In this document: piece by piece, positions 26,988-34,330 of the stretch
Layout of the letters: every line of letters starts with the position of its first letter
How positions within the stretch are numbered: the stretch's first letter is position 1
Assembly: GCA_041984905.1 (NCBI GenBank)
Contig: JBHIXE010000003.1
Span: 1 to 34,330 of the forward strand
DNA from: Verrucomicrobiales bacterium
GTDB lineage: Bacteria; Verrucomicrobiota; Verrucomicrobiia; Verrucomicrobiales; DEV007
Length of the DNA: 34,330 nt
Reading direction: 5' to 3'
Position numbers and translations under genes: made by a program
The notes under the pieces: generated by a model
What the model was told of the DNA's origin: nothing
Database searches by the model: none
Seen by the model: the letters and a program-made list of their open reading frames with translations, nothing else

Positions 26988-28775
26988 CTACATCCGGCAG
27001 GCCAGCAGCTCGCGCTGGAAGATCAGTTCCTTGGGCAGGTGATCGTAGAGCTTGAGGTGAAGATCCGCCTCGGAAAGCAACTCTTGGCGGAACTCCTCCA
27101 GATTCACTTCCATCAGTTTCTGGAACTTGGCTTCATCCATGGAATCGAGGCCCCGCATGTTGATCTCGTCGTAGTGGGGCATCCAGCCAATCGGCGTTTC
27201 ATGGCCGGCTCCCCGACCTCGGGTCCGGCCGATAACCCATTCCAGAACCCGCATGTTTTCCCGGAACCCAGGCCAGAGGAACTTGCCTTCCTCATCGCGT
27301 CGGAACCAGTTCACATGGAAGATCCGGGGCAGATGTTTGACCATGCGGCGCATCCCCAGCCAATGGGCAAAGTAGTCTCCCATGTTGTACCCGCAGAAGG
27401 GCAGCATGGCGAAGGGATCCTGGCGGACTTTACCCGTGGCGCCGGCGGCTGCCGCGGTTGTTTCGGACCCCATATTGGCGCCCAGATAAACGCCATGAAT
27501 CCAGTTAAAGGATTGGAAGACCAGGGGCATGGTGGTAGCCCGCCGCCCGCCAAAGATGATGGCGTCAATGGGCACACCCTCAGGATTCTCCCACTCGGGA
27601 TCGATGGCAGGGCACTGATTGGCCGGGGCCGTAAATCGGGCGTTTGGATGGGCTGCGGGTTTCCCGCTGTCCGGATTGTAGGGATTACCCTGCCAATCGG
27701 TCAGATTTGAAGGAGGTTCCTCAGACAGTCCTTCCCACCAGACATCGCCGTCTTCGGTCATGGCGACGTTGGTAAAAATGGTGTTGGCACGCAGGGTCTC
27801 CATGGCGTTGGGATTGGACTCCCAGGATGTGCCCGGCGCCACGCCGAAGTAGCCCGCTTCCGGATTGATGGCGTGAAGTTTGCCGGTCTTGCCAGGCCAG
27901 AGCCAGGCAATGTCATCGCCAATCGTGGTGACCTTCCATCCAGCCTCGGCGTATTGATCCGGCGGAATCAGCATGGCGAAGTTCGTCTTTCCGCAGGAAC
28001 TCGGGAAAGCAGCGGTGACGTAGGACTTGTTGCCGTCGGGGGACTCGACCCCGGTGATGAGCATGTGCTCGGCCATCCAGCCCTCGTCCCGGGCTTTCAC
28101 GCTGGCGATCCGCAAGGCCAGGCACTTCTTCCCGAGCAAGGCGTTTCCGCCATATCCACTTCCGTAGGACCAGATCGAGCGTTCCGCAGGGAAATGGACG
28201 ATGTACTTTTCGTCATTGCAGGGCCAGGGAACGTCTTTCTCTCCCGGGCCTAAAGGCATGCCGACCGAGTGCATGCAGGGGACAAATTTGCCTTCCGAGC
28301 CGAGCGCCTCAAGCGCGGCCTTACCCATGCGGGTCATGATCCGCATGCTCACGACCACGTAGGCCGAATCCGTGATCTGGACTCCAATGATGGAGCGGGG
28401 CGAGCCAATCGGACCCATACAAAACGGGATCACATACATGGTCCGGCCTGCCATGCAGCCCTTGAAGAGCTTCTTGAGCTTGCTCTTCATCTTGTCCGGA
28501 TCTTCCCAGTTGTTGGTGGGGCCGGCGGAATCCTTGCGTTTGGAGCAGATATAAGTGCGGTCTTCCACGCGAGCGACGTCACTCGGGGTGGAGCGCGCCA
28601 GGAAACTGTTCGGCCTCTTTTCGGCGTTCAGAGGAATGAAGGTTCCCGACTCCACCAAGGACTGACAAAGATCCGACCATTCTTCCTCCGAGCCGTCACA
28701 CCAGTGGATATCAGCGGGTTGGCAGAGATCAGTCATCTCCTGGACCCAGTTTTGTAGCGCGGAATGATTGGTCAT
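26988..28775 (-). CDS. pckG: Phosphoenolpyruvate carboxykinase (GTP)
   Basis: 595 aa. [39 protein letters not shown] (kinase-1a), WEGL...WQG and FHVNWFR are GTP-PEPCK signatures. Confidence 0.95.
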   Translation of the reverse strand: MTNHSALQNWVQEMTDLCQPADIHWCDGSEEEWSDLCQSLVESGTFIPLNAEKRPNSFLARSTPSDVARVEDRTYICSKRKDSAGPTNNWEDPDKMKSKLKKLFKGCMAGRTMYVIPFCMGPIGSPRSIIGVQITDSAYVVVSMRIMTRMGKAALEALGSEGKFVPCMHSVGMPLGPGEKDVPWPCNDEKYIVHFPAERSIWSYGSGYGGNALLGKKCLALRIASVKARDEGWMAEHMLITGVESPDGNKSYVTAAFPSSCGKTNFAMLIPPDQYAEAGWKVTTIGDDIAWLWPGKTGKLHAINPEAGYFGVAPGTSWESNPNAMETLRANTIFTNVAMTEDGDVWWEGLSEEPPSNLTDWQGNPYNPDSGKPAAHPNARFTAPANQCPAIDPEWENPEGVPIDAIIFGGRRATTMPLVFQSFNWIHGVYLGANMGSETTAAAAGATGKVRQDPFAMLPFCGYNMGDYFAHWLGMRRMVKHLPRIFHVNWFRRDEEGKFLWPGFRENMRVLEWVIGRTRGRGAGHETPIGWMPHYDEINMRGLDSMDEAKFQKLMEVNLEEFRQELLSEADLHLKLYDHLPKELIFQRELLACRM

Positions 28776-28863
28776 GTTGATGAATGAATACTAGAAAAGG
28801 TCGACCCGGACCCCCGGGACAACAAGCTGGATTTTGTTCTTAAGAGATCGGTTCTTGTTGTGA

Positions 28864-29238
28864 TTAGCCCCGGTAGATGAACGCGGCAACCACAAGAGCA
28901 AGATAAGGCACCGCCCGAAGCAGGAAGGGTACTCGGGGAATTACCCAGATCATGATCCATAGTTGCGCTCCAGCGAGCAGCCAGAGGGCCAGTTGAGAAA
29001 AGCGGAGGAGGCTATCCACCGGGAGGAGAAACCAATTCTGATACTCCAACCATTGCGCCAACCCGACGAGACCGGCCAGCAATACCGCAGTGGGCGCCCA
29101 TGCGCTGTAGAAGATCGAGCCTGAGGGATCGCCATCCACCTTGCTGTCCAGTCCCACAAGACAGCCCGCCAGAGAGAGAAAGTGGATGGCGGCAACAATC
29201 GTAAATAAGGGAAAAGCGGAATCGGCGGACAGTTCCAT
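28864..29238 (-). CDS. Hypothetical integral membrane protein (about 4 TM)
   Basis: 124 aa, hydrophobic throughout (FPLFTIVAAIHFLSLAGCLVG, APTAVLLAGLVGLAQW, LALWLLAGAQLWIMIWVI, YLALVVAAFIY). No family recognised. Confidence 0.55.
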   Translation of the reverse strand: MELSADSAFPLFTIVAAIHFLSLAGCLVGLDSKVDGDPSGSIFYSAWAPTAVLLAGLVGLAQWLEYQNWFLLPVDSLLRFSQLALWLLAGAQLWIMIWVIPRVPFLLRAVPYLALVVAAFIYRG

Positions 29239-29328
29239 TCGTGCTTTGTTAGGGACTCCAAAAGGATCGGCCCCTTCCGCCAGGGGTGCAAGCTGGAAGT
29301 GTCTTCAATCGCCGCGCCCTGGCGATGC

Positions 29329-30816
29329 CTATTTCAATTGCATAATAGCCTGATTACGAGGGATCTCGGCTGCGCCATGCGCTTTTTCGTAGGGAAGGAG
29401 TTGCGCTTTCAGCTCTTGCTTCACCGTCTCGTATTCCGGGTTGGAAGCCAGGTTGTTCAGTTCGCCTGGATCCGCCTGTTCATCATAGAGTTCTTCACCC
29501 AACTTACCGGAATCCCAGTGATTGTAGCGGTATTGAGGAGTGCGGATGGAATAGCCGTGGAAGATCTCCGTGGGACCGCCTTCACCACCAAACCATTCGT
29601 AGCGGTTTCTGGCTGGGGTGCGGCGCACCTGGCTGATGGCGAACGCCTTTCCAGTCAGGCTCGCATCGTCCAGCATGGGGACCAGGCTTTGGCCGTCCCG
29701 CTCGTGAGTTGTAGGCATGTCAAGACCCGCCCAATCGCAGATCGTGGGAAAGAGATCGATCAACTCCACCGGGGAATCGACCACGCCGCCTTTCTGTTTC
29801 TGATTGGGCGTAGCCACGATGAGTGGCACCCGAGTCGCATTCTCAAACAGGCTCTGCTTCTGCCAGAGTCCATGCTCGTTCATGTGATAGCCATGGTCGC
29901 TGGTGAACACGACCATGGTGGAGTCCGTCAGACCCAGCTCATCTAGCTTTTTGAGAATGCGTCCGACCTGCGCGTCCATGAAACTGATGGATGCGAGGTA
30001 GGCCTGGATCACCTTTTTCTTGGTCATCTCATCGAGATCTCGCTCTTCATTGTGAAGGCTGAGCAGTGCCGCGTGAGGGATCGTATCCCAAGTCGCTTTG
30101 TAACTCTCGTCGATGGTGATCTTGTCCAGGGGATAGAGATCGAAATAGGCCTTGGGTGCGACGTAAGGCGTGTGAGGGCGATACATCCCGACCGCCAGGA
30201 AGAAGGGTTCCTTGCCATACAGATCGAGGATCTTATTGGCATAGGTCGCTGCAATGCCGTCTGTTTGTTCCTCATCCTTACCGTCTTGCGCCATCCAGCT
30301 AAGGGTCGCGCCGTATTGATTGGGCCGCAGGGTAGTGATCTCCGCCTCCTGCTTCTTGTCGCGACCGTAGGGGTTGAAGCGCATGGTCCAGGACATGGGA
30401 TCGTCCATGCAATCCATGCCGATTTCCTTGGGCACATTGTAGTGATAGATCTTGCCCACGCGGAAGGATTGGTAACCCTGGCGTTTGAACCATTCCGGGA
30501 TCGTGGTGGCGTCCGGTGTGGTGTGACGGAAGTGGGTCCAGTTCTCGCGGACATTGGTGACGTCGGGGCGCAGACCGGTAAAGATAGAAGCCCGGCTGGC
30601 GTTGCAGACAGGATACTGGCAGTAGGCGCGATCAAAGCGGGTGCCTCTCGCGGCCAGGGCATCCAGATTGGGAGTCTGTGCGAGCTCGTGTCCGTAGCAG
30701 CCCAGGTAGCAGTTCAGATCATCGGAAATGATGAAGAGGACATTCTTTTCCGATTCGGCGGAGACACTGGCCAAACCCAGGCAAAGGAGAAGGAGTAGCA
30801 GGAGGGGATTTCGCAT
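29329..30816 (-). CDS. Secreted sulfatase (iduronate-2-sulfatase-like), formylglycine motif variant C-N-A-S-R
   Basis: Signal peptide MRNPLLLLLLLCLGLASVSA. NVLFIISDDLNCYLGCYGH, YCQYPVCNASRASIFTGLRP, VVFTSDHGYHMNEHGLWQK. Confidence 0.9.
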   Translation of the reverse strand: MRNPLLLLLLLCLGLASVSAESEKNVLFIISDDLNCYLGCYGHELAQTPNLDALAARGTRFDRAYCQYPVCNASRASIFTGLRPDVTNVRENWTHFRHTTPDATTIPEWFKRQGYQSFRVGKIYHYNVPKEIGMDCMDDPMSWTMRFNPYGRDKKQEAEITTLRPNQYGATLSWMAQDGKDEEQTDGIAATYANKILDLYGKEPFFLAVGMYRPHTPYVAPKAYFDLYPLDKITIDESYKATWDTIPHAALLSLHNEERDLDEMTKKKVIQAYLASISFMDAQVGRILKKLDELGLTDSTMVVFTSDHGYHMNEHGLWQKQSLFENATRVPLIVATPNQKQKGGVVDSPVELIDLFPTICDWAGLDMPTTHERDGQSLVPMLDDASLTGKAFAISQVRRTPARNRYEWFGGEGGPTEIFHGYSIRTPQYRYNHWDSGKLGEELYDEQADPGELNNLASNPEYETVKQELKAQLLPYEKAHGAAEIPRNQAIMQLK

Positions 30817-30871
30817 AGCTCACTGCTAACGCAGACTCTTTGGCGGCGTCCAGTCGTTTGAGCCCTCCAGG

Positions 30872-32305
30872 CTACTCTTCGTTCTCGTCCTCATCCTCAG
30901 CTTCCGCACCGGGGGCATGGAAGCGTTGTTCTCCGGTGTAGGCGAAGGCTGGCTCTGCCATTTCATAGTTCAGCCGTTCCCATTCCCTGGCAAGATCTTC
31001 GAGAATCTCGGGATTCTTCTTCGCGTAGTTCCTGGTCTCGCCCGGATCATCTTCCAGATTCACCAACCAGGTGCCTTTGCGAGGATTGAGCGCGTGATAC
31101 TTCACCAATCGCGAGCCATCTGCCTGGCCCAGATCCCTGGCTTTCACCAGCTTCCAAGGCCCTTTGCGTAAGGCGAACTGATCCCCAAAACGCCAATAGA
31201 GAACCGGATGGGGCGAGTCCATCATTTCACCTCGGAGATAAGGGAGAAGGTCAACGCCGTCAATCTGATCGGTCTCCCCGGGATTCCCTGCTGCTGCGAT
31301 GGGGTGAGGCAAGGGGGCTCCAGCGGCCGCAAGCGCAGTGGGGAGAATGTCCATCTCGGTCACCGGCTTGTCATAGGTGGAACCGGCGGGTAGCTGACCT
31401 GGCCACTTGATGAAGAACGGGACCCTGAGCCCGCCCTCCAAGGTCGAGGTCTTGAACCCCTGAAATGGGGAGTTGTCTGCGCCAGTGCTGGAGGAGCCGC
31501 CATTGTCGCTCAGAAAGAAGATAAGCGTGTTCCCGTCCTGACCGGTGTCTTCCAAAGCAGAAAGAAGCTGACCAATCCCGTCGTCTTCCATCATCAGGCT
31601 GGCCAGATACTCTCGGCGCTTCTTGTCCGTCACTGTGGCGGGAACCTTGGCGCGATATTCCTCGGTCGCAGCGATCACCACATGGAGAGTGTGGGGCGCA
31701 TAATAGAGGAACCAGGGCTTGTCCTGACTGCGCCGAATGAAGTCCGCTCCGTCCGCGGCCATGCCCAGGGTGGCATGCTGCACGGCGTCTTGGATCGCTC
31801 CATTCCGGTCGACCTTAAAGGGCGGTAGTTTCCGACGGCCTTTCTCGTAGTCGAACCACTCGTGGAACCCCTGGTTGGTGGGGTGGAAGACGGGATTGTC
31901 CGGTGTCCCAAGATGCCACTTTCCGATCCAACCGGTGTGATAGCCCGCATGCTGCAGCCTCTCTCCAATGGTGTGGATCTCTGGTCGCAAGCCCGTGTAG
32001 TAGCTCGCCGCATGGCCTGCGCGGCCCGGATTGAAGTCATTGCCGAAGCGCTGTTGATACATGCCCGTCATCAGGGCCGCGCGACTCGGCCCGCAAATGG
32101 GGTTGGCGTAGCCCTGGGCGCAGCGAATTCCCTCTTTGGCGATCCGGTCCATGTTTGGTGTGGGAACCTCTGTGAGTCCATGAACACCCACATCGGCGTA
32201 CCCTTGGTCGTCGGTCAGGATGATCAAGATGTTGGGCCCGGCCGTTGTCAGGGCAGGGAGCGACAGAAAGCTCAAAAGAAGGCAGGTGAGAAGGGGGCTG
32301 TTCAT
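30872..32305 (-). CDS. Secreted arylsulfatase-family protein (CGPSR)
   Basis: The internal ATG at 32305 gives the signal peptide MNSPLLTCLLLSFLSLPALTTAG. PNILIILTDDQGYADVG, ANPICGPSRAALMTG, IFFLSDNGG. The track N-extension (to 32542) overlaps the divergent gene. Confidence 0.9.
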   Translation of the reverse strand: MNSPLLTCLLLSFLSLPALTTAGPNILIILTDDQGYADVGVHGLTEVPTPNMDRIAKEGIRCAQGYANPICGPSRAALMTGMYQQRFGNDFNPGRAGHAASYYTGLRPEIHTIGERLQHAGYHTGWIGKWHLGTPDNPVFHPTNQGFHEWFDYEKGRRKLPPFKVDRNGAIQDAVQHATLGMAADGADFIRRSQDKPWFLYYAPHTLHVVIAATEEYRAKVPATVTDKKRREYLASLMMEDDGIGQLLSALEDTGQDGNTLIFFLSDNGGSSSTGADNSPFQGFKTSTLEGGLRVPFFIKWPGQLPAGSTYDKPVTEMDILPTALAAAGAPLPHPIAAAGNPGETDQIDGVDLLPYLRGEMMDSPHPVLYWRFGDQFALRKGPWKLVKARDLGQADGSRLVKYHALNPRKGTWLVNLEDDPGETRNYAKKNPEILEDLAREWERLNYEMAEPAFAYTGEQRFHAPGAEAEDEDENEE

Positions 32306-32354
32306 GAGGGTGGGAGTGGTAAAAACCAATAACACCGGAGATACCAGGGATGGG

Positions 32355-32396
32355 TTTGCAAGAGTTTTCTGCAAAGTTGATGCAAATCTTGCAGAA
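32355..32396. promoter_or_regulatory. Cluster of TGCAA/TTGCA dyads in the divergent sulfatase intergenic region
   Basis: Read directly: TTTGCAagagTTTTCTGCAAagttgaTGCAAAtcTTGCAGAA. TTCTGCAA (32367-74) and TTGCAGAA (32389-96) form a perfect 8-nt inverted repeat. TTTGCA (32355-60) pairs with TGCAAA (32381-86). TGCAA-atc-TTGCA (32381-93) is a 13-nt palindrome. Confidence 0.4.
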
Positions 32397-32441
32397 GGGA
32401 AACTCCTTGCCAATTTACCTGGCCTCTTCTGGAGTGAACCT

Positions 32442-33902
32442 ATGCGACCCCCATTCCCTACCTTGTTGCTTTCTCTGTTCCTGGCGCTCCCGCTCCAAGC
32501 CCAAGAGCGTCCCAATATCGTCTTTATCATGGCGGACGACATGGGCTATGGCGACGTCCAGGCATTGAATCCGAATTCCACGATTCCCACGCCGAACCTC
32601 AACCAGATGGCCGCCGACGGGATGACCTTTCTGGATGCGCATTCACCTTCTGCCGTATGCACGCCCACCCGGTATGGCGTCGTCACCGGTCGTTATTGTT
32701 GGCGGACTCACTTGAAGAGCGGCGTGCTCAATGGCTACGGACCACCTTTGATCGATCAAGATCGAGTGACGGTGGCGGATCACCTGAAGGGTGGCGGCTA
32801 CAACACGGCGGTCATCGGAAAATGGCACCTGGGTTTGGGATACGTGCCAGATGGGAACGGACATTTTGATTTCTCCAAACCCTTGACCGACACCCCGGTG
32901 GATCATGGGTTCGAGTATTCCTATGTCCTCCCAGCTTCCCTGGATTTTCCTCCTTACTCCTACATCAAAGGGCATGAGCTGGTGGAGTTCCCCAGCGAGC
33001 AGGATCCCGGCAGCAAGTTTCCCTATTTCTGGAGAGCAGGGGAGCGTGCTCCGAGTTTCGTGTTTGAAGACGGACTGGATCACCTCACGGAAGAAGCCGT
33101 GACCTACATCCAGGGGCGGAAGGATCAAGAGAAGCCGTTTTTCCTCTACTTCCCTCTGACCGCGCCCCATAAACCTGCCATTCCCCATCCCCGGTTTCGG
33201 GGTAAGACCGGGCTCGGGGCCTATGGCGACTTCGTGATGCAGGTGGACTGGACCGTTGGCGAGGTCATGAAGGCCCTGGAGGAAACCGGGCTCAGAGACA
33301 ACACCATTGTCTTCTACACCAGCGACAACGGCTCCTACATGTATCGACGTCCCGAAGGAACCGCGGATCACGTCGATGATGAGACGGAACAGGGATATCG
33401 CCCGGAGCATCATACTGCGAATGGGAGTCTTCGCGGCACCAAGGCGGATATCTGGGAGGCCGGCCACCGGGTCCCGTTCTTTGTGCAATGGCCCGGGAAG
33501 ATCCCTGCTGGTAGCACCTGCGAGCAAACCATCACCCATACGGATTTCTTCGCTACAGCTGCCGACATTGCAGGTATTGAGATTCCCAAAGGCGACATTG
33601 CCCCCGACAGCTTCAGTCTGACTCCTCTTTTTGCGGGGAAGGACTGGGATCGGGCGCCGGTCATTCACCATTCCAGTGGTGGCATGTTCGCTATTCGTGA
33701 GGGGCAGTGGAAGCTGGTGCTTGGGAATGGGTCCGGAGGGCGGCAGACGCCCAAGGGCAAGCCATTCGAGAAGCCCTATGCGCTCTTTGATCTGGAATCG
33801 GATCTTAGTGAAACCACCAACGTTCTGGATCAACACCCGGAGATTGCTGACCGATTGGAGAAGCGCTGCCTGGAGATCCGGGACTCCGGCACCAGTCACT
33901 GA
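32442..33902 (+). CDS. Secreted arylsulfatase-family protein (CTPTR)
   Basis: The internal ATG at 32442 gives MRPPFPTLLLSLFLALPLQAQE. PNIVFIMADDMGYGDV, PSAVCTPTRYGVVTG, IVFYTSDNGS, GTKADIWEAGHRVPF. Confidence 0.9.
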   Translation: MRPPFPTLLLSLFLALPLQAQERPNIVFIMADDMGYGDVQALNPNSTIPTPNLNQMAADGMTFLDAHSPSAVCTPTRYGVVTGRYCWRTHLKSGVLNGYGPPLIDQDRVTVADHLKGGGYNTAVIGKWHLGLGYVPDGNGHFDFSKPLTDTPVDHGFEYSYVLPASLDFPPYSYIKGHELVEFPSEQDPGSKFPYFWRAGERAPSFVFEDGLDHLTEEAVTYIQGRKDQEKPFFLYFPLTAPHKPAIPHPRFRGKTGLGAYGDFVMQVDWTVGEVMKALEETGLRDNTIVFYTSDNGSYMYRRPEGTADHVDDETEQGYRPEHHTANGSLRGTKADIWEAGHRVPFFVQWPGKIPAGSTCEQTITHTDFFATAADIAGIEIPKGDIAPDSFSLTPLFAGKDWDRAPVIHHSSGGMFAIREGQWKLVLGNGSGGRQTPKGKPFEKPYALFDLESDLSETTNVLDQHPEIADRLEKRCLEIRDSGTSH

Positions 33903-33919
33903 TTTCGGGTACGGAAAAA

Positions 33920-33947
33920 GCCCGCTGCTCCAGATGGAACAGCGGGC
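33920..33947. terminator. Bidirectional-looking intrinsic terminator in a convergent spacer
   Basis: GCCCGCTG (33920-27) pairs with CAGCGGGC (33940-47), with inner TCCA/TGGA pairing. It is flanked by AAAAA upstream, which is a T-run for the minus-strand transcript. The plus-strand tail (TCCTTAAAT) is weaker. Confidence 0.6.
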
Positions 33948-34030
33948 TCCTTAAATCCCCCCTCATTTCCGAGAGGCCAGCATTAGTTTATCCACCCAAC
34001 AAAGTCACAGTCGCGGGTGGAGGGTCCGGG

Positions 34031-34330
34031 TTATTGTCCCACGGCAATCTTCAGGCCGCGTTTCCGGCCCATATCTTCCGGATGCAGATAGTCAGCGGCT
34101 TCCGCGACTTCATGCTCAAATTTGTGGTGCCAACGAGTCAGGGCCGCAGCGAGTTCTTCGGACAGATCGTCGAGATCCGTAGAGAGCGCTTGGGCCAGGC
34201 TGATCTCGTCTTGATGAAGGAGATCGTGCACCGGATCGGTGATCCGAGGCACTTCGATTACCACCGCGCCCATGTAATCCATGACCTTGGCAGCTTGAGA
34301 GTCTTCCCAGGATTCCAGGCTGCTGCTGAA
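34031..34330 (-). CDS. Hypothetical acidic protein; possibly 5'-truncated by the window edge
   Basis: The track ORF 34031..34282 is 83 aa (MDYMGAVVIEVPRITDPVHDLLHQDEISLAQ...), but the frame stays open for the 16 codons upstream, to position 34330. The true start may therefore lie outside the window. No family recognised. Confidence 0.45.
   Translation of the reverse strand, partial: FSSSLESWEDSQAAKVMDYMGAVVIEVPRITDPVHDLLHQDEISLAQALSTDLDDLSEELAAALTRWHHKFEHEVAEAADYLHPEDMGRKRGLKIAVGQ

Noticed and set aside
24821-27710. Long plus-strand ORFs (24821..25723, 25921..27042, 26907..27710) antisense to the AKR, kbl and pckG genes
   Set aside because: The minus-strand products match well-known enzymes essentially end to end. 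The plus-strand products have no motifs.
32643-33899. 418-aa minus-strand ORF antisense to the third sulfatase
   Set aside because: The plus strand carries complete sulfatase motifs (DDMGYGD, CTPTR, SDNG). The antisense frame is featureless.

Overview
GC-rich (high-50s % by eye, not computed), very gene-dense chromosomal segment. The gene content looks like the PVC superphylum, most like Verrucomicrobiota or Planctomycetota: three formylglycine-type sulfatases, a PQQ-like beta-propeller starting DWLQFRGP, an M56/BlaR1 variant, an ECF sigma module, many lipoproteins and few Shine-Dalgarno sites. This taxonomic call is inference only. I support about 38 protein-coding genes. Housekeeping genes recognised from the translations: NAD-dependent DNA ligase (ligA), FolD, FolB, xylulokinase, GTP-PEPCK, glycine C-acetyltransferase (kbl), an aldo/keto reductase, a ferredoxin, a DUF721/DciA-like protein, and a partial HemQ/chlorite-dismutase-family gene that is open at the left edge and absent from the ORF track. 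Accessory or signalling content: a BrnT/BrnA toxin-antitoxin pair, an ECF sigma/anti-sigma/HtrA-like PDZ operon, a BlaI/BlaR1-type pair, a Zn-ribbon-TPM plus membrane-TPM pair, a secreted HEAT/beta-sandwich plus PQQ-propeller pair, a DUF900 lipoprotein, a secreted S1 protease, a 721-aa RGG/acidic low-complexity protein followed by a SUFU-like protein, and a sulfatase trio. I saw no rRNA, tRNA, CRISPR array, transposase or integrase. Most worth follow-up: (1) the BlaI/BlaR1 module, whose sensor carries decapeptide repeats and an EF-hand pair in place of a penicillin-binding domain, with two GATTACA-type dyad operators abutting the blaI start; (2) the ECF sigma operon, whose HtrA-like partner lacks the catalytic His and Ser; (3) a HAD-Nudix fusion that looks co-translated with folB (a lipoprotein ORF lies between them); (4) the RGG/acidic protein plus SUFU-like pair. 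Many long antisense ORFs in the track are GC-driven shadows and were rejected. All family assignments come from motif recognition by eye. None has been checked by a database search.
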